This document shows positions 1 to 12,981 of a stretch of 64,000 nt of DNA, piece after piece. A program made the translations under genes and the position numbers. Below the pieces are notes generated by a model. It saw only the letters and a list, made by a program, of their open reading frames with translations. It was not told where the DNA came from and ran no database searches. Positions within the stretch are counted from its first letter, which is position 1. Each line of letters begins with the position of its first letter. This stretch comes from Asterias rubens (taxonomy: Eukaryota): the NCBI RefSeq assembly GCF_902459465.1, contig NC_047081.1:2232001-2296000 (forward strand), in the 5' to 3' direction.

Positions 1-112
1 GGATGGGGGTTTGCTTAATTTTTAGGGAAAGAATTCCACGTAATATTTTTTTCTAGAATTAAAGAAACAAAAAAATCCACTTGGAATGCCTCCACCTTGG
101 AGAACAGGGATG

Positions 113-228
113 AATTTCACAAAGAGTTAGGACTAGTCTTATCTTGAGTTAGGATGAGTTACTCGTCCTAACCTAACTTAGCCATACATTTTGTATATCT
201 CCTAGGACTAGTCCTAAGTTAGGACTTC
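113..228. mobile_element. Fragment of the 'gatttcacaaagagttaggact' palindromic MITE family (fuller copy at 62513-62895)
   Basis: Shares tttcacaaagagt..aggact.gtcttatct.gagtt.gga.gagt.actcgtcctaac with 62739-62795; internal TAGGACT/AGTCCTA repeats. Confidence 0.7.
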
Positions 229-406
229 AGCTGAAGTATTTTATTATTTGAGTGAAAAGTACCTCTTTCTTTCTCAAAACTCTGTTACATTACTTCAGAG
301 GGAGTCAAATGTCACAATGTTTTAACGGCCTACTATCAAAATCTATCTATAGTAAGTTTTTATGCTAACAATTATTTTGAGTAACTACCAATAGTGTCCA
401 GTGCCT
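229..406. mobile_element. Kolobok-like MITE family A, right half
   Basis: Ends taccaatagtgtccagtgcct followed by TTAA (407-410); internal sequence matches the other family A copies. Confidence 0.8.
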
Positions 407-2202
407 TTAAGATGCCATACTCAGTCGATGATACGCTAGCTCGTTACAGATTAATGTTTGATGATCAATGCATGACACTATTTCATGGTCAACTAACACC
501 ATATTATAATTAAAGGTATTTACTTTCTCGGTTGAAGCGAAGATAGAATGACATCATGCTTGGATGAAGTCTAAACAGTCCCAATCAGTGCTTGACTTGG
601 CGTCATAAAAGGACCAAAGACCTTTATGCACATGACGTCATTTGAATAGGGCGCCCTCTCGCGTAGAAATAAAAAAAGTGGCTGTGAATAGGCCTATCCT
701 GGGGATGTTTCAGTTACCACATTTTCAATTATCAACAAATTATAAACCTTTCTATTGAATAACTCCTGGTTGCTTTGTTATATACACAATTGGCAGGATT
801 ATTGGACAGTCTGTACCCAAACTTTAGAGAGATATCGCACCCCCCCCCCCAAAAAAAAAAAAAAAAAAAAACATTTTCAACAACCACATTCCACAAACAA
901 AAGCATTGTGTGATCACATCCGAATAAATCACTCATTGTGCATTACCAAACTGATGCTAAAATTGAGATACGATTGTAAAGCCTCTAACGCGCTCAGTGT
1001 GAAAACAAACGTATCAGGGAATCAATATCTTTGTGTGTTTAAACACAGAGGAAGGGTCCTAAGCATTGATTTTTCTCTCAACAATAATATGAATGTTTTA
1101 ATCTCTGTTGATGTTGTCAAACCACTCAATAATTAGACTGGATGCTGTCGCTCTACCATAAGGCTACCCCCCCCCAAAAAAAAAAAAAAAAAACCCACTA
1201 AAAACACACCCAAAAAACCCATAAATATGTTGATTTTGGACTTGCCAACTTTCTCAATTTAAGATTCTAAAAGTGAAACCTACATAATATAGAACTTTAA
1301 TTCCTGTCTGTTTCTTTTTCTATTAAACCCAAAGTGAACAAGAACTCAAAACGTGGCCGAAAGGGAAAGAGCCAAGACGTCAAGTCTTTCCCAAACACGC
1401 TATGTTTGATCATGGATAAGCTTCAAGTCAACAAACACAACTGACGAGCAAACAATACACAAGATCCAAACAAGTGTGCACCACCAGTCATGTATTGACT
1501 CGCTCATTACCTCCAGGCACTTCAGAACATTGACAAGCTTTTTTTCGAGAAGAATATCGTTGCTTGTGGAATAATAACAGTCTTTAGCAGTTCATTGTAC
1601 GGGATGGAATGTTTAAACGGTTCAGAAAAGTCAAGTCGCATGCATAATTGGTTATATTGGTTTTAAGACATCAGAAGCGATCCCTGTAAGTGGATGCAGT
1701 AAGTTGTACAACTACAAGAAGACGGTTGACAACCCTACACTCCATGCTTGATGGTAGACAGCCGCTTACTATGATAAAGGGGCACTGCTGCCACCAGGGG
1801 GTAAAGTCATAGAGGTGCCTAAGCACAAAAGGTAGCTAAGCTCAACACACAAATGTGCTTACCAGAACAAAGTTCTTGTAGGCATATATATTTACGTTTA
1901 TGTAGGATTAAAGCAATTGAACGTTTTTAACAAACTTTAGAAAAAATACTTTGCTGTTCAGATAACCCATGGAGGAATAAATTATAGTAAACTGCATGTT
2001 CAATTTCCTCCAGGAAAAAAAAAACATCATTATGAACCAAACGTGGGGTTAAAATCCCCAAAGGAATTCCCTGCGGTTTTATTTCATATGAATTTGTGTG
2101 AATATGACGTAAGTGTAACACAACGCCTACAGTTTCATTTGACTTTATAAATCGTAATGACCTTTTTCATTATAATTATGGTAAAATATTAAAGAAAATT
2201 AC

Positions 2203-2400
2203 CTGTACTTAATTTTCCAAAGCATCAAACGCACCCACGTGAAGTGCCAAATGTTCCAGTTCAGCGCACACAAGATTGACATAAAACAACTGCGCATAGG
2301 AACTCTTCAAAGTGTCCAGAACTGTCTGCTACTTCAGTGACCGCTCAGAGTCTAATCTTTCCGGACGGGAAAGCTTTTGGTTTCACCGAAATCAGAGGAA
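2203..2400 (-). promoter_or_regulatory. Candidate promoter/first exon transcribed toward the window start
   Basis: CpG-containing segment with ETS-like tttccggacgggaaa (2358-2372) and a minus-strand donor CAG|gtaatt (intron starts 2202). Confidence 0.3.
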
Positions 2401-2870
2401 AAAAAAACCTACACTAACAAGAGGTTGTGTGTTTATGTAATGGAAATATTTGTATTGGCTTTCTTGAAGCTCTTTGCGTAATCCTATATTCCTTGTGCTT
2501 GACTGTTCGGGTAAACAGTGTAACTCTAAGCTTAAGGCCACATGGCCCTACCTAAATTAGTCATTAGGCTTTGGGTAACACAGTAAGACAGTGATTTCCT
2601 TAACAATTGTTTTCGTACAAACAACAGCCACTTTCTACCGTGGGGGTAGTTTCTCTACACAGAGTGTGCACGTATTATTATCATCGTTTATTATTTTCTT
2701 GTAACGAAACCAACTATGCTTTTTTTTTAGCAGCAAGTCTGAGGAAACCTGTAAACAGTGGTGCTTGCTATGTGAACAAGACACTTGGGTAATAACCTCT
2801 ACTCGTCCGTGACAAGTATTCTTCTTCTGTTTCTGTGAACAGCCAATCCTAGTAGAGGGACATATAGCAT

Positions 2871-2970
2871 GTCCCATCCGAAGGACACATCAATTTAAGT
2901 GTCTAGCTCAAGGAAGTGCCACGACGAGGACTCAAACCCACACTTTGCTGATCAGAAACACCAGAGCTCA
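2871..2970 (-). mobile_element. tRNA-derived SINE fragment (same family as 6715-7129)
   Basis: Reverse complement matches ctgatcagca.agtgtgggtt and cttgagc.agacactta...cttcggatgggac of the 6715 copy. Confidence 0.7.
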
Positions 2971-3274
2971 AACCAAAAGACCAAACCAACACACCTGCAA
3001 CATCACAGGTTTTGACATTTAATAACAGCACCGGGACTTTGCACAAGGAATTTAAACACAAGCTCATCGAGCGAAGAAAGCCTAACAAAACACTTGCATT
3101 TGATGGAAATTTCACTGCGACAGTGCATATCTCATACAGGTACATTATCGTTTCTACAAATCAATACAATTCTTAAATTTATGAGACGGTTGTGATACAC
3201 AATGTAAAGATTTCTCGCAATGACCAGTGTGTAGCTTGACCATCAGGAAATGCCTAGGCCAGGTCAATCTGTTT

Positions 3275-3332
3275 GTTACCATGGTAACATGGTCTGTATA
3301 CAAAGACACGCCCATGCAGTCACCATGGTAAC
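3275..3332. promoter_or_regulatory. Pair of RFX X-box motifs
   Basis: GTTACCATGGTAAC (3275-3288, perfect palindrome) and GTCACCATGGTAAC (3319-3332). Confidence 0.5.
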
Positions 3333-4590
3333 CCAGTCTGTACAATAACTCTCTCGGACATTCCATCACGTCTTGAAAGTCAAATCATCATCCAATTGGT
3401 ATTAAAAAACATATTTTACAAATGAAAACATTTTCATTTACTAAACTACATCCTGAGAATAAACAGACGTAGCTACAAGATGAAGATTGTTTCACTTTCG
3501 GTTTGAAGGATGAAGGAAGAAGATGTAGAAGCAGAAGAAGCAAAAAGGTTGACTCTGACAGCAAAATATTGAAAAGTTTACATGTAACTCAATAACTTGT
3601 TTCTAAATACAGTGGCCCAGAATAGCAAACACTGAATGTCAAGAAACAATGGGAGTTTCAGAACTTTCTTAGGGGGGGAGGACTGAGGCAAAAACATGAG
3701 CTTTGTAATCCAACACCAGGCTTTCAAAAGTCGATGCTTATCTAACTTGAGCTAGACCAGAGCTCCCAAAAATCAAAAGCGATTATAACAAGCAATACAC
3801 ACCAACATTAAAATAAACCTTTTGAGACATTTTGGAAACACGAGTCGGTTACTGACACAATGTGAAGCACATTTCATGTGACAGTCTCGAGGTATCGCTG
3901 TGTTTTTGATATCGAATGTCCACAAAAATGTACCCGTTTGTCAACTGTTTGAAATTTAGCGACTTGGTACTTTTCTTTCCCACGGATGTAGAAGAGGAAA
4001 AGATTGATCAAGATTGGGAAAGACACAACTTGGCTCCTTTGGTGACCTCAGGATTTTCTTTCAGAAGCTTGCCCCATTTACTTGATGAGAATGAAACTTT
4101 ATGAGACACGGGAAGGCTTGACCTTGGCTTAGCGAGAATTCTGAAGCGGGGGAAATGACAAGATGAGGTCTCGTTCAGGAGGCATCTTCTGCGGAATCGC
4201 TTGGCTTTGGGTTTCATTTTGAGTTGTCGTCATGAACAGCAATTGAAAAACAAAATAAGCTGAGGGGTTGCTATCAAGTCTTGATTAAAAAATCTATGGT
4301 GGGGGTTTTGCCGTTTGTTTCTCCCATCGTGGTCTGACCAGGGTGGGCCAAGCACCTCCCATTTCAAAATGAAGATTCGTGTACAAACATTAAATTGTAG
4401 CAAGTGGTTCACGCTTTGAATTGGCACAGCACAGCTTGACCCTGGCTCTATTTTACCCCTATAAGACTGTGGTTCTTTTCATTGGTGATTAGAAAATTAA
4501 AGCAATAACAGAAAATGTTTGACAAAGGATTGCTATTAATTTACCAATGATTTGTGCAGAAAGAGAAACAAAGTACTTCTTTCTATACAG

Positions 4591-4650
4591 GAAATTAATA
4601 CAGAAGGTTGTCAACAGCATAAGTTGGCAAACAAGAAACAATAAGAGATG
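4591..4650 (+). CDS. Candidate internal exon, unknown product (xKLIQKVVNSISWQTRNNKRx)
   Basis: Acceptor cttctttctatacag|, donor ATG|gtaagc, 60 nt, open only in phase 2-2. No homology recognised. Confidence 0.25.
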
Positions 4651-5276
4651 GTAAGCAGGAAACATCTTAAGTCGGCCAAGCAAAACACAGCAAAAGTTTG
4701 TCCACAAGACAGAAGAAGCACAGAAGTCTTTTCAACTCATTTGCCACAAACCCCGTCCATCAACACTCCCCTCCAATTCACAACAACCAATCACCGCCTC
4801 CTCACTTGCCCAACTTCGTCCTCGCCAACAATGCCTTCCCACAGCTTTGTTACCCTAGTTTCCCATTCCCACAGACAAAATCTGATCAACCCAACGTGAT
4901 TACCATATGACAGACGTACCCACATGGCTAACAAATTATCACTACCTGATAAAATAAAAACCCTTCCATGCCGTTTTACTTCATCCATGAGGCCCGGCCT
5001 GAATCCCACCAGCGTTTTGAGTGGATCCTCCTGTTCAGGTAAGACCCGTGAAATTAGAAAGGTTGAAAGATCGGTCCTCCGAACCTCGGCCGTAAATTTG
5101 AAACACGTTCAGTAAAAATAAGACCCGACTCGCTGCCAGCCAATCGTGAAGCAAACTGATGGAGTTACGAGAGGATTGAGTTCATGAATGAGGTTAATTT
5201 AGTTACGGAAGATATAACTCAATATAAGGTAGAGAGAAGCACAGCCTACAAAATGATGAAAGTCAACTCTGTTTAA

Positions 5277-5740
5277 AGGCACTGGACACTATTGGTGATT
5301 ACTCAAAATAATTGTATAGCATAAAAACTTTTTTGTTAACGAGCAATGGAGAGCTGTTGATAGCATAAAATATTGTGGGAAATGGCTCCCTCCGAAGAAT
5401 TGTAGTTTTTGAGAAAGAGAGCAATGGAGAGCTGTTGATAGCATAAAATATTGTGGGAAATGGCTCACTCCGAAGAATTGTAGTTTTTGAGAAAGAGGTC
5501 ACTCAAATAATAAAATGCTTCAGCTGAAGCCTTTTTCTGAAAACACACAAAGTAATGTAACTAGGGGGGTTTTCTTTTGTTATTTGCTTGCAAATTTGAT
5601 GACCGGTTGAGCCCAATTTTTCACATGCTTTCCAATTGGAGCTATACCAGCTCAATAACGCAAGTGAGCAATTTGGATACATTCAATCTGTGTCAATTTA
5701 CTGCGAGTTAAGAAACATCTTATCCCATTGACCAAATTGT
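5277..5740. mobile_element. Kolobok-like MITE family A with internal 78-bp tandem duplication; right end decayed
   Basis: TTAA|aggcactggacactattgg left end; 5341-5418 repeated at 5419-5496 with 1 mismatch. Confidence 0.8.
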
Positions 5741-6714
5741 GGAACCACAGGGTGTGGGCTGTCTGGCCAAAGAATTTAAACAGCCAAGACATTCACTCCA
5801 CAAAACTGGCCTTGAGATCTTTAATATATACCAGGCGATTTAACAAATCCCTGATTGTCCAATGTATCAGGCTCAAAATAAAGATTTTGTAAAAAGTAAG
5901 TTTAATCAAAGCAGATAAATCATCACTATGCAATGATTTCAGGAGAATAATATTACAGTAGCTTGACCCACGGTTGACATTGAAATGAAGTGGCGCGTGT
6001 TGGCAAATTACTTGTATTTCATTCTTGTCCTGTATCTATTCCAGAACACATAACTTCAAAGCTCCCTCAATAATGGCAAACTCACAATCTTCATCACTAA
6101 CCGGTCTTGCCTCCTCCTAAGGTGCTTCAATTGAGACACAATTTCAAGACGTTAGTCCTGAAAGTGAACAGCTTTAGATTACTCCTTAATATTGAAAAAG
6201 CTTTCTAAATGAAGTAACCATCTGCCGACACTTCACGCTCTCTCCGTTTCTTTCCTCAGTGCCACTCAATTTTCATTTTGATAATAATTTTAAATCCAAA
6301 GGATCGAGGGGTTGACCCTATTACAAGATAAAAATAAATCGCAGGCACTAATAATAGTTCAGCTGGTGGTGCTAAGGATGTAATGATGGTGATGTGTGGG
6401 GGACTAGACCACGGTCAACTGACAGTACAGTCATCATGATGATTTCTATTGTCACATTGTGGCCATTTTGTTTTGGCTTCGACCTACCACAACAAAACCC
6501 AAATGGGGCTGGGATGACAAAGAAGTCTGGTCCCTTTTACGAAAATTGCAAATAATGCATAATGTGAAGATGGGACACCTGACTTGATGATACTGACTGT
6601 AACAGCATGATTGGAGTTACACAGAGGCAATGGCCATCCATGCCCCTGCTTGGTCTTAGTGCCCATTAAAAAGTTTCCAATAGACTTGCAGATTTCTCAA
6701 TGGAAGTCCCCAAT

Positions 6715-7129
6715 GGAAGTGTCGTGGCCGAGCGGTTAAGAGCACCGAATTCAAACTCTGATGTTTCTGATCAGCAGAGTGTGGGTTCGAATCCCCAGCC
6801 GTGACACTGTGTCCTTGAGCAAGACACTTAACCATTGCTTCGTCCTTCGGATGGGACGTAAAGCCGTTGGTCCCATGTGTTGTGTAACGCATGTAAAAGA
6901 ACCCAGTGCACTTATCGAAAAGAGAAGGGGTTCGCCCCGGTGTTCCTGGTTGTGGCTGCTTAATGCGCCGTAGCACCTTGTAAACCCTTATAAGGTGCTA
7001 AATAATTGGGTCTCAGAATTCATCACTGCAATAACCTATCTTTCTGAAAGTTTGTATATACTCAGCGCCTTGAGTACCTTGTTTGGTAGATACGTGCGCT
7101 ATATATGACTTCGATATTATTATTATTAT
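6715..7129 (+). mobile_element. Full-length tRNA-derived SINE (SINE2)
   Basis: tRNA-like head with A box TGGCCGAGCGG and B box GGTTCGAATCC, central body, (TTA)n tail; sits inside a CAG-MITE remnant. Confidence 0.9.
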
Positions 7130-7922
7130 GCAAAATGCAAATAATGGCATTGCCCTCTCAAAGATCAAATTAAAGGTCTGGAAACAACTCAAAACAATCT
7201 GGTTGTCGTCTTGACCCAGATAACTTTTACAACAAAATTTTCTAAAACCACAACAAACTGTTAGACAAAGAAAATTAAATGTCATCAAAACTACCACTTA
7301 GAAAGTTTTAATTCCTCCCACATTATTCCAGCAGGTTCCCATCACGTTAACTGTTGTGAACAAGCTCTCTTGGACTGCTGCAGGGTACCAACAATACCAA
7401 ATCACTTTAACCTGTGTGGTCCACAAAATCACAACCCAATGCTCTACAAGAATAGACTCCAAGAAAATGGAGGAGGCCCCCTGCTGGGAAAGAATAAAAT
7501 CCTACACCGAGGAGGTGGTTTCTATATTGAATGGTGAAGAGGTTATGTACTTAGTTTTTTATAAGAAAAATCAACAGTTATGATTGAAATATGACGACGG
7601 GTGTAGCCTAGGGAGAATAAAAAAAGCGAAACATTGAATCAATAAGGGCAGTGACTTTATATGTCTTGGGTTGTGTGGGCCTGGGGGTGCGATTCTTGTA
7701 GGTGTGATGTTCTTTATGTAATTACGTGACCACAATACTTCAGTCAAAAAAGAAAAATACTGATACATACAGGAATTGCTCTAGTTTTCATAAATTTCCA
7801 ATATTAAAAAAAAAATGATATGTAGTATTTTATATACCATCCTTATCGACAACATTTTATAACTGAAATCATTTTGAATTTATGTATCTATCCACTTGGT
7901 TTTTTTAAATGTTTTAGCTGAA

Positions 7923-8096
7923 AGGCAGTGGACACTATTGGTAATCACTCAAAATAATTTTTTATTTTTAATTGTTTTCCTTTTTTTTTTCATAGTTACC
8001 AACCGAGCTCAAATTTTCACAGGTTTGTTGTTTTATGCATAAGTTGAGATACAGCAACTGTAAAGGCTAGACTTTGACAATTACCAATAGTGTCTA
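7923..8096. mobile_element. Internally deleted Kolobok-like MITE family A
   Basis: aggcagtggacactattggtaat left end and ttaccaatagtgtc right end with the centre missing. Confidence 0.7.
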
Positions 8097-8542
8097 ACCA
8101 GGACAGTGCATACATAAAACAAATTCATAGTATTCTTTATGCAGTAGAAAAAATAACAACATGGGAACAATTCAATTGATGCCAAGTAGAGGCCTATATT
8201 ACAGTAAATCCAGCGCTATGAAGCGATTACTGAACAATTTACAGTAAAATATCTTTAAATGGAACCAGCCCAAAGTAATTCTAGGCAATAATTTATCCCA
8301 GATGTCCCAAAATATCCTTAACTAATTTTGACCTTCTAGTCCTTTCCCAGTACAATATTCATACGAGATGTATATTTTTTAACTTTAATCGTCTGTCCGC
8401 AAGAAATGTTAATTCTTTTCTTATGTGAGCCAGAAGGTCCCAGAAAACTGCCGAGCGAGATGAACTTGATTTCTTCACGACTCCTTCTATGCCTATGGGT
8501 TTTTGTCAAACACCTCTGCACAGCCAGTTAAAGGAATGTTAA

Positions 8543-8805
8543 AGGCACTCCATCTGTTTGGTAATTACTCAAATGATATGTTTCACCAAAAACCAATTAC
8601 TTGGTAATAAGCAACGGAGAGCTGTTAGTAGTATCATTGTGATGCACACATTTGTGCAACAAGAGTGTTTCTTTCATTCATTATTGCAACTTTGATGACC
8701 AAATGAACAACATTTTCACAGATTTGTTATTTTATGCATCTGGTGGGAGACACCAAGTAAGAATTGTCTTTGACCATTCTTATCGTGCCATCGTGTCCAG
8801 TGCCT
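8543..8805. mobile_element. Kolobok-like MITE family A (diverged)
   Basis: TTAA at both sides (8539-8542, 8806-8809); aggcact...gtccagtgcct termini. Confidence 0.75.
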
Positions 8806-8958
8806 TTAATGCTTAGCTACAGGTAAATCTGATACAAGCAAGAGCAAGTCTTGGTACTCAGTTGGGACTATTAATAAGATGTTTGATTTACACGAAGGTT
8901 AACTGTGATGGGGGCTTGATTGTAGTATAAAGGATGCAGCGGATGCACAAGTGTTTAA

Positions 8959-9271
8959 AGGCACTGGACACCTTCGGTAATTGTCAAAGACCAGTATCCT
9001 CACCTGTGAAAATTTGAGCTAATTTGGTTGACGAATGTGCGTGAGAATAATAGAAGAAAAAACACCCTTGTCACACAAGTTGAATTCGAGATCTCGAACT
9101 CAATTCAAATATTTTTGTGAGAAATTAGTTCTTTCTCTAAATCTACATTACTTCAGAGGGAGCTGTTTCTCACAATGTTTTATACTATCAACCACTCTCC
9201 ATTACTCGTTACCAAGACAGTTTTTATGCTTACAATTATTTTTGAGAAATTACCAATAGTGTCCAGTGCCT
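8959..9271. mobile_element. Kolobok-like MITE family A
   Basis: TTAA TSD (8955-8958, 9272-9275); TIR aggcactggacac / gtgtccagtgcct. Confidence 0.85.
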
Positions 9272-9497
9272 TTAAAGGTATTTGCATTTATTGCTTGCTA
9301 ATAAGAAGCACCAGTTGTGTCCTTATTACAAGGCTGGTGACTGAGGTGCGATTATTGCATAACACCATGGTCTATAACCACAAGGTCTAAGCATTGCAGG
9401 ACATCTTCATATCCTCTTCAAGGCCCTAGCAAAATTAAAAAAAACAGTTTATGCTCCTGTTTCAACATGACTGCTCTGTACTCCTTCATTCCGACTT

Positions 9498-9859
9498 AGG
9501 CACTGGACACTATTGGTAATTAATTATTCCAAAAAAATGTTAGGATAAAAACTATTTGTAATGAGCAACTGAGAGCTGGTGCTTGCATGAAACATAGTGA
9601 GAAACGGCTCCCTCTTAAGTGACATACTTTTTGAGAAAGAGGTAATTTCTCACTCAAATATTCAAAGACATCAGGTCCGAAGCCCTTTTTAAATATGGCA
9701 TCTGAAAGCACACCAATTTGTGTAACAAGGGTGTATCCTCTTGCATCTTCGATGACCAATTGAGCCAAAATTTTCAGAGATTTGTTATTTATGCATCTGT
9801 GGGAAACCCAAAGTGAGAATATTGGTCTTTTACAATAATACCAAAGGTGTTCAGTGCCT
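9498..9859. mobile_element. Kolobok-like MITE family A
   Basis: aggcactggacac left end, gtgttcagtgcct|TTAA right end. Confidence 0.8.
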
Positions 9860-9862
9860 TTA

Positions 9863-10016
9863 ATCATAGGTTTAGACATTTGTTTACTGTTTTTAAATTA
9901 CAGTTCTTTCTAGAGTAGAAGCGAAGACGAAATGCGAGAATCATAGGTTTTGACATTTGTTTACTGTTTTTAAAGTACAGTTTTTTATAGAGTAGAAGCG
10001 AAGACGTAATGCGAGA
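9863..10016. repeat. 77-bp tandem duplication abutting a MITE end
   Basis: atcataggttt.gacatttgtttactgtttttaaa.tacagtt...tagagtagaagcgaagacg.aatgcgaga occurs twice. Confidence 0.85.
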
Positions 10017-10864
10017 CGCTGGCTAACCTCCAAATGCGTCTTCACCACGTGCACTGATCATATACAAAAAACATACAGCTGATGAAGTCCGTGTCTGTAA
10101 CAATAATTCCAACGCTGGCCCAGGTTCATCAAGAACAATTTCAAGAGAAATTTTGTCCGCGATGCCAGCGTCTGGCTTCCATCAAATGAGAGTCACCGAC
10201 TCCGGGTAAACTCGACTCACGTCAATAAGAGCATCCCATCGTCTGCTGCACAAGAGGAATTTTGCTCCTGCGATCCAGGAAAGACGAGCGCCAACATTTT
10301 AAGAGCGGGAACTTTATTTATCCATCTGCACAATAGTGGTGTCTACGGCGCGTCGGCCAAGCGAAGAATAAATATGATCCAATTATGTCCGGTAAAAAAC
10401 AAATGCACCAACCGTGTGTGGCCAATGCATTTATGATTAGAAATGCGGTCTAAAAGGGTGTTTAGGCATAAAGTGGTGGGGTTTTGGATTGGTGAAGAGT
10501 GGGGAATTACTGTTTGTTCAGAACTTAGGGTACGGTTTAAGGATGGACCTAGTAGGATGGGCTGTATCGATCAGAGGTCTAGTGTTAAAATCTCCCGGGA
10601 GTTTGTCGGTTAAGTTACAGAAAAACAAAAAAGTATAGCAGGCTCTTTGTGTGTTTTATCGCCAGCTTTGTCGAGCGACGTGCTTTGCTTCGCTACTTTT
10701 CATCATCCAGTAATTGCAGACAGTGTGTACTTTGAAATGACAATAATGTTATTGGAATGACGTTTGGTTAAAATCTGTCTCACGTTTTCCTTACAATAAT
10801 AAAACAATAACCAGGGGGAAAAGAGGTGACCCAGATCTTTTCCCGTGTTCAAAAGGCAATTTCA

Positions 10865-10878
10865 GTTGCCATGGAAAC
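10865..10878. promoter_or_regulatory. RFX X-box consensus
   Basis: GTTGCCATGGAAAC, next to a CpG-richer segment at about 10020-10700. Confidence 0.45.
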
Positions 10879-11247
10879 AATTGCTTTCAAAGCTAGTTTT
10901 TTTTTAAAGCTGATAATTGGTTAATTGGAAAATGGTCACCTAATGGAAAATGACGCTGTTGCTTTTCGAAGAATAAATCATTGCCCATCTGCACTTTGTA
11001 AAATCAACACTTTACACAAAACAATTATCCGTGAAAATGATACAAATGTTGTGGTCCTGTTCGAGTGAAAACAGCAAACAGCAATTGCATTATATCACTA
11101 GTATCCAAATGTATTCATGTTGGCTTATTTTGATTTCATCAATCAAAATAAGCAATATTTCTTTGTGATAATCATGCAAAAAGAATAATCCGCAAATGGA
11201 AAAAACAATCTAAGAAACATTTCTGCCTAAAACGTTATTTTATTTAA

Positions 11248-11609
11248 AGGTATACCTTTTGGTACTTATTATTTGTTGTTATTTGCTGTAACCTTTTAAT
11301 GGATAGCTGTAACTTTTTAATGTTTTTTTTATGTAATTACTTATTTGATTGTTTTCGTTTGGATTAATTAACTTTCATAATTTATTTTTTTACTGGAATT
11401 GTGTTAAATTGTTGTGCGCTCTCGAACAGGCTGGTCCTGGAGAGAGCGCGATAATAAGTTCAATAGATTGTTATTATTATTATTATTACGTATATAGATT
11501 CCTTATAAGAAGGGAATCGTTTCTCAACAGCTGCAGTGCTTCTTACCAAAAAAATCAAGATTTTATGGTCAGTAATTTTTTTGGAGTAAGTACCAAAAGG
11601 TATATACCT
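11248..11609. mobile_element. Kolobok-like MITE family E containing a (TTA)n-tailed retroposon 3' fragment
   Basis: TTAA both sides; TIR aggtatacctttt-ggtactta / taagtaccaaaaggtatatacct; internal ctggagagagcgcgataataagttc...(tta)n at about 11420-11490. Confidence 0.7.
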
Positions 11610-11774
11610 TTAAAATGAGGCCAATACCCTCAACCTCAATGCATTGTGGAGCAACCTCCTGAACCCGACCTTCCATCTTCGATGATTAACATGGAAGTCA
11701 AGCTTTCTGTGTACTCGTCATTTGTTTAAACAAGACCATGACAGCAGCAACCCTATACCCCCCCTTCCTCTTAA

Positions 11775-12067
11775 AAAGTGGACACTATTGGTAATTACTC
11801 AAAATAATTATTAGCATTGATAGTATAAAACAGTGGGAGAAACAGCTCCCTCTGGAGTAACATAGTTTTCAAGAAGAAGTCATTTTCCACGAATTTGATT
11901 TCGAGACCTCAGATTTAGAATCGTAAAGCAGACAACTTCGTGTGACAAGGGTGTTTTTTCTTTCATTATTATCTTGCAACTTCGACGACCAATTAGGCTC
12001 AAATTTTCACAGGTTTGTTATTTTATTCATATGTTAAGATAAACCGAGTGAGAAGACTGGTCTTCCA
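11775..12067. mobile_element. Kolobok-like MITE family A, right end truncated
   Basis: gtggacactattggtaattactcaaaataatt left end and family-typical interior. Confidence 0.75.
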
Positions 12068-12981
12068 ATTAGAAAGATCATACAGACTACGAAGCATAGC
12101 AGTTGACTACATTTTAGACACAATGCGTCTGGGATCTGGACTTCCAAGTGGCAATGATTATGTTTACTTTATCAGAGAGGTTGGGGTCACCTGACCTATT
12201 TGGAACATACTACACAGGGAGACTGGTTTTGTGACAACAGATGAACTATTTACGAGAGGGACAGGTATATCTGAAGACACTTCTCTCGTGACATCATTGG
12301 CTTAGGACACAAGTCGACGAAGGAGAAAAAGAAGAAGTATCAATCAGACATATGAGCATTTTCTACAAATATCTCCAAAGAAATTGAATCAAAAATCATT
12401 ACAAAGGCCCTCTAAAGACTGGATAACACTTACCCAATTGGGACACTGTGTTTTTGTCAAGCAATTTTGCTTAGCATATTAATATTTGGACTGGACATTT
12501 TGTGTGCACACTGGTAACGCTAACCTTTAGCAGCAAAGTATGATTTTTGAGTAGCAACTGGTGCATTTTCTGTAGCATTTTGCTTTGTTATAACATCTAA
12601 ACATACTAAGTCTTGCTCTGACCTGCATATTGTCTGCACATTATCACCAACTCAAGAGCTTCTGCTGTCGTTGAACTCTTATCTTAAAAAGGAATTAGGG
12701 AAACCTTTCAGACAAAAAGGCACAGCAAAATTAGTTCAAAGATAACAAAAGTGGGTCAAAGCTTTTTACATATTTGAAAGATATCTATACCCACTTTGTC
12801 AAAAGGTTAAGTTGTTTGACAAACACCACACGTTGTAGCAGTCAAAAGTTTGTAGCAACCAACACTCCTGGAGTTTGAAGTAACAAGCCAGGCATGACGC
12901 TGGGGTCACACCCAGGTCAAATGTCAAGCCAAGAACATTGACAGGTCATGTCAACAACTTATACTTGAGTTTTCTAAACAG

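Noticed and set aside
906-1136. ORF segment FKHRGRVLSIDFS resembles a WD40 repeat start
   Set aside because: Single short match, no terminal WD-like residues, stop follows without a donor; chance is likely.
839-1192. Adjacent poly-C/poly-A runs (also at 50659-50690)
   Set aside because: Simple homopolymer microsatellites of uncertain length accuracy; no functional evidence.
6715-6810. tRNA gene
   Set aside because: Continues into a SINE body and (TTA)n tail; it is a SINE head.
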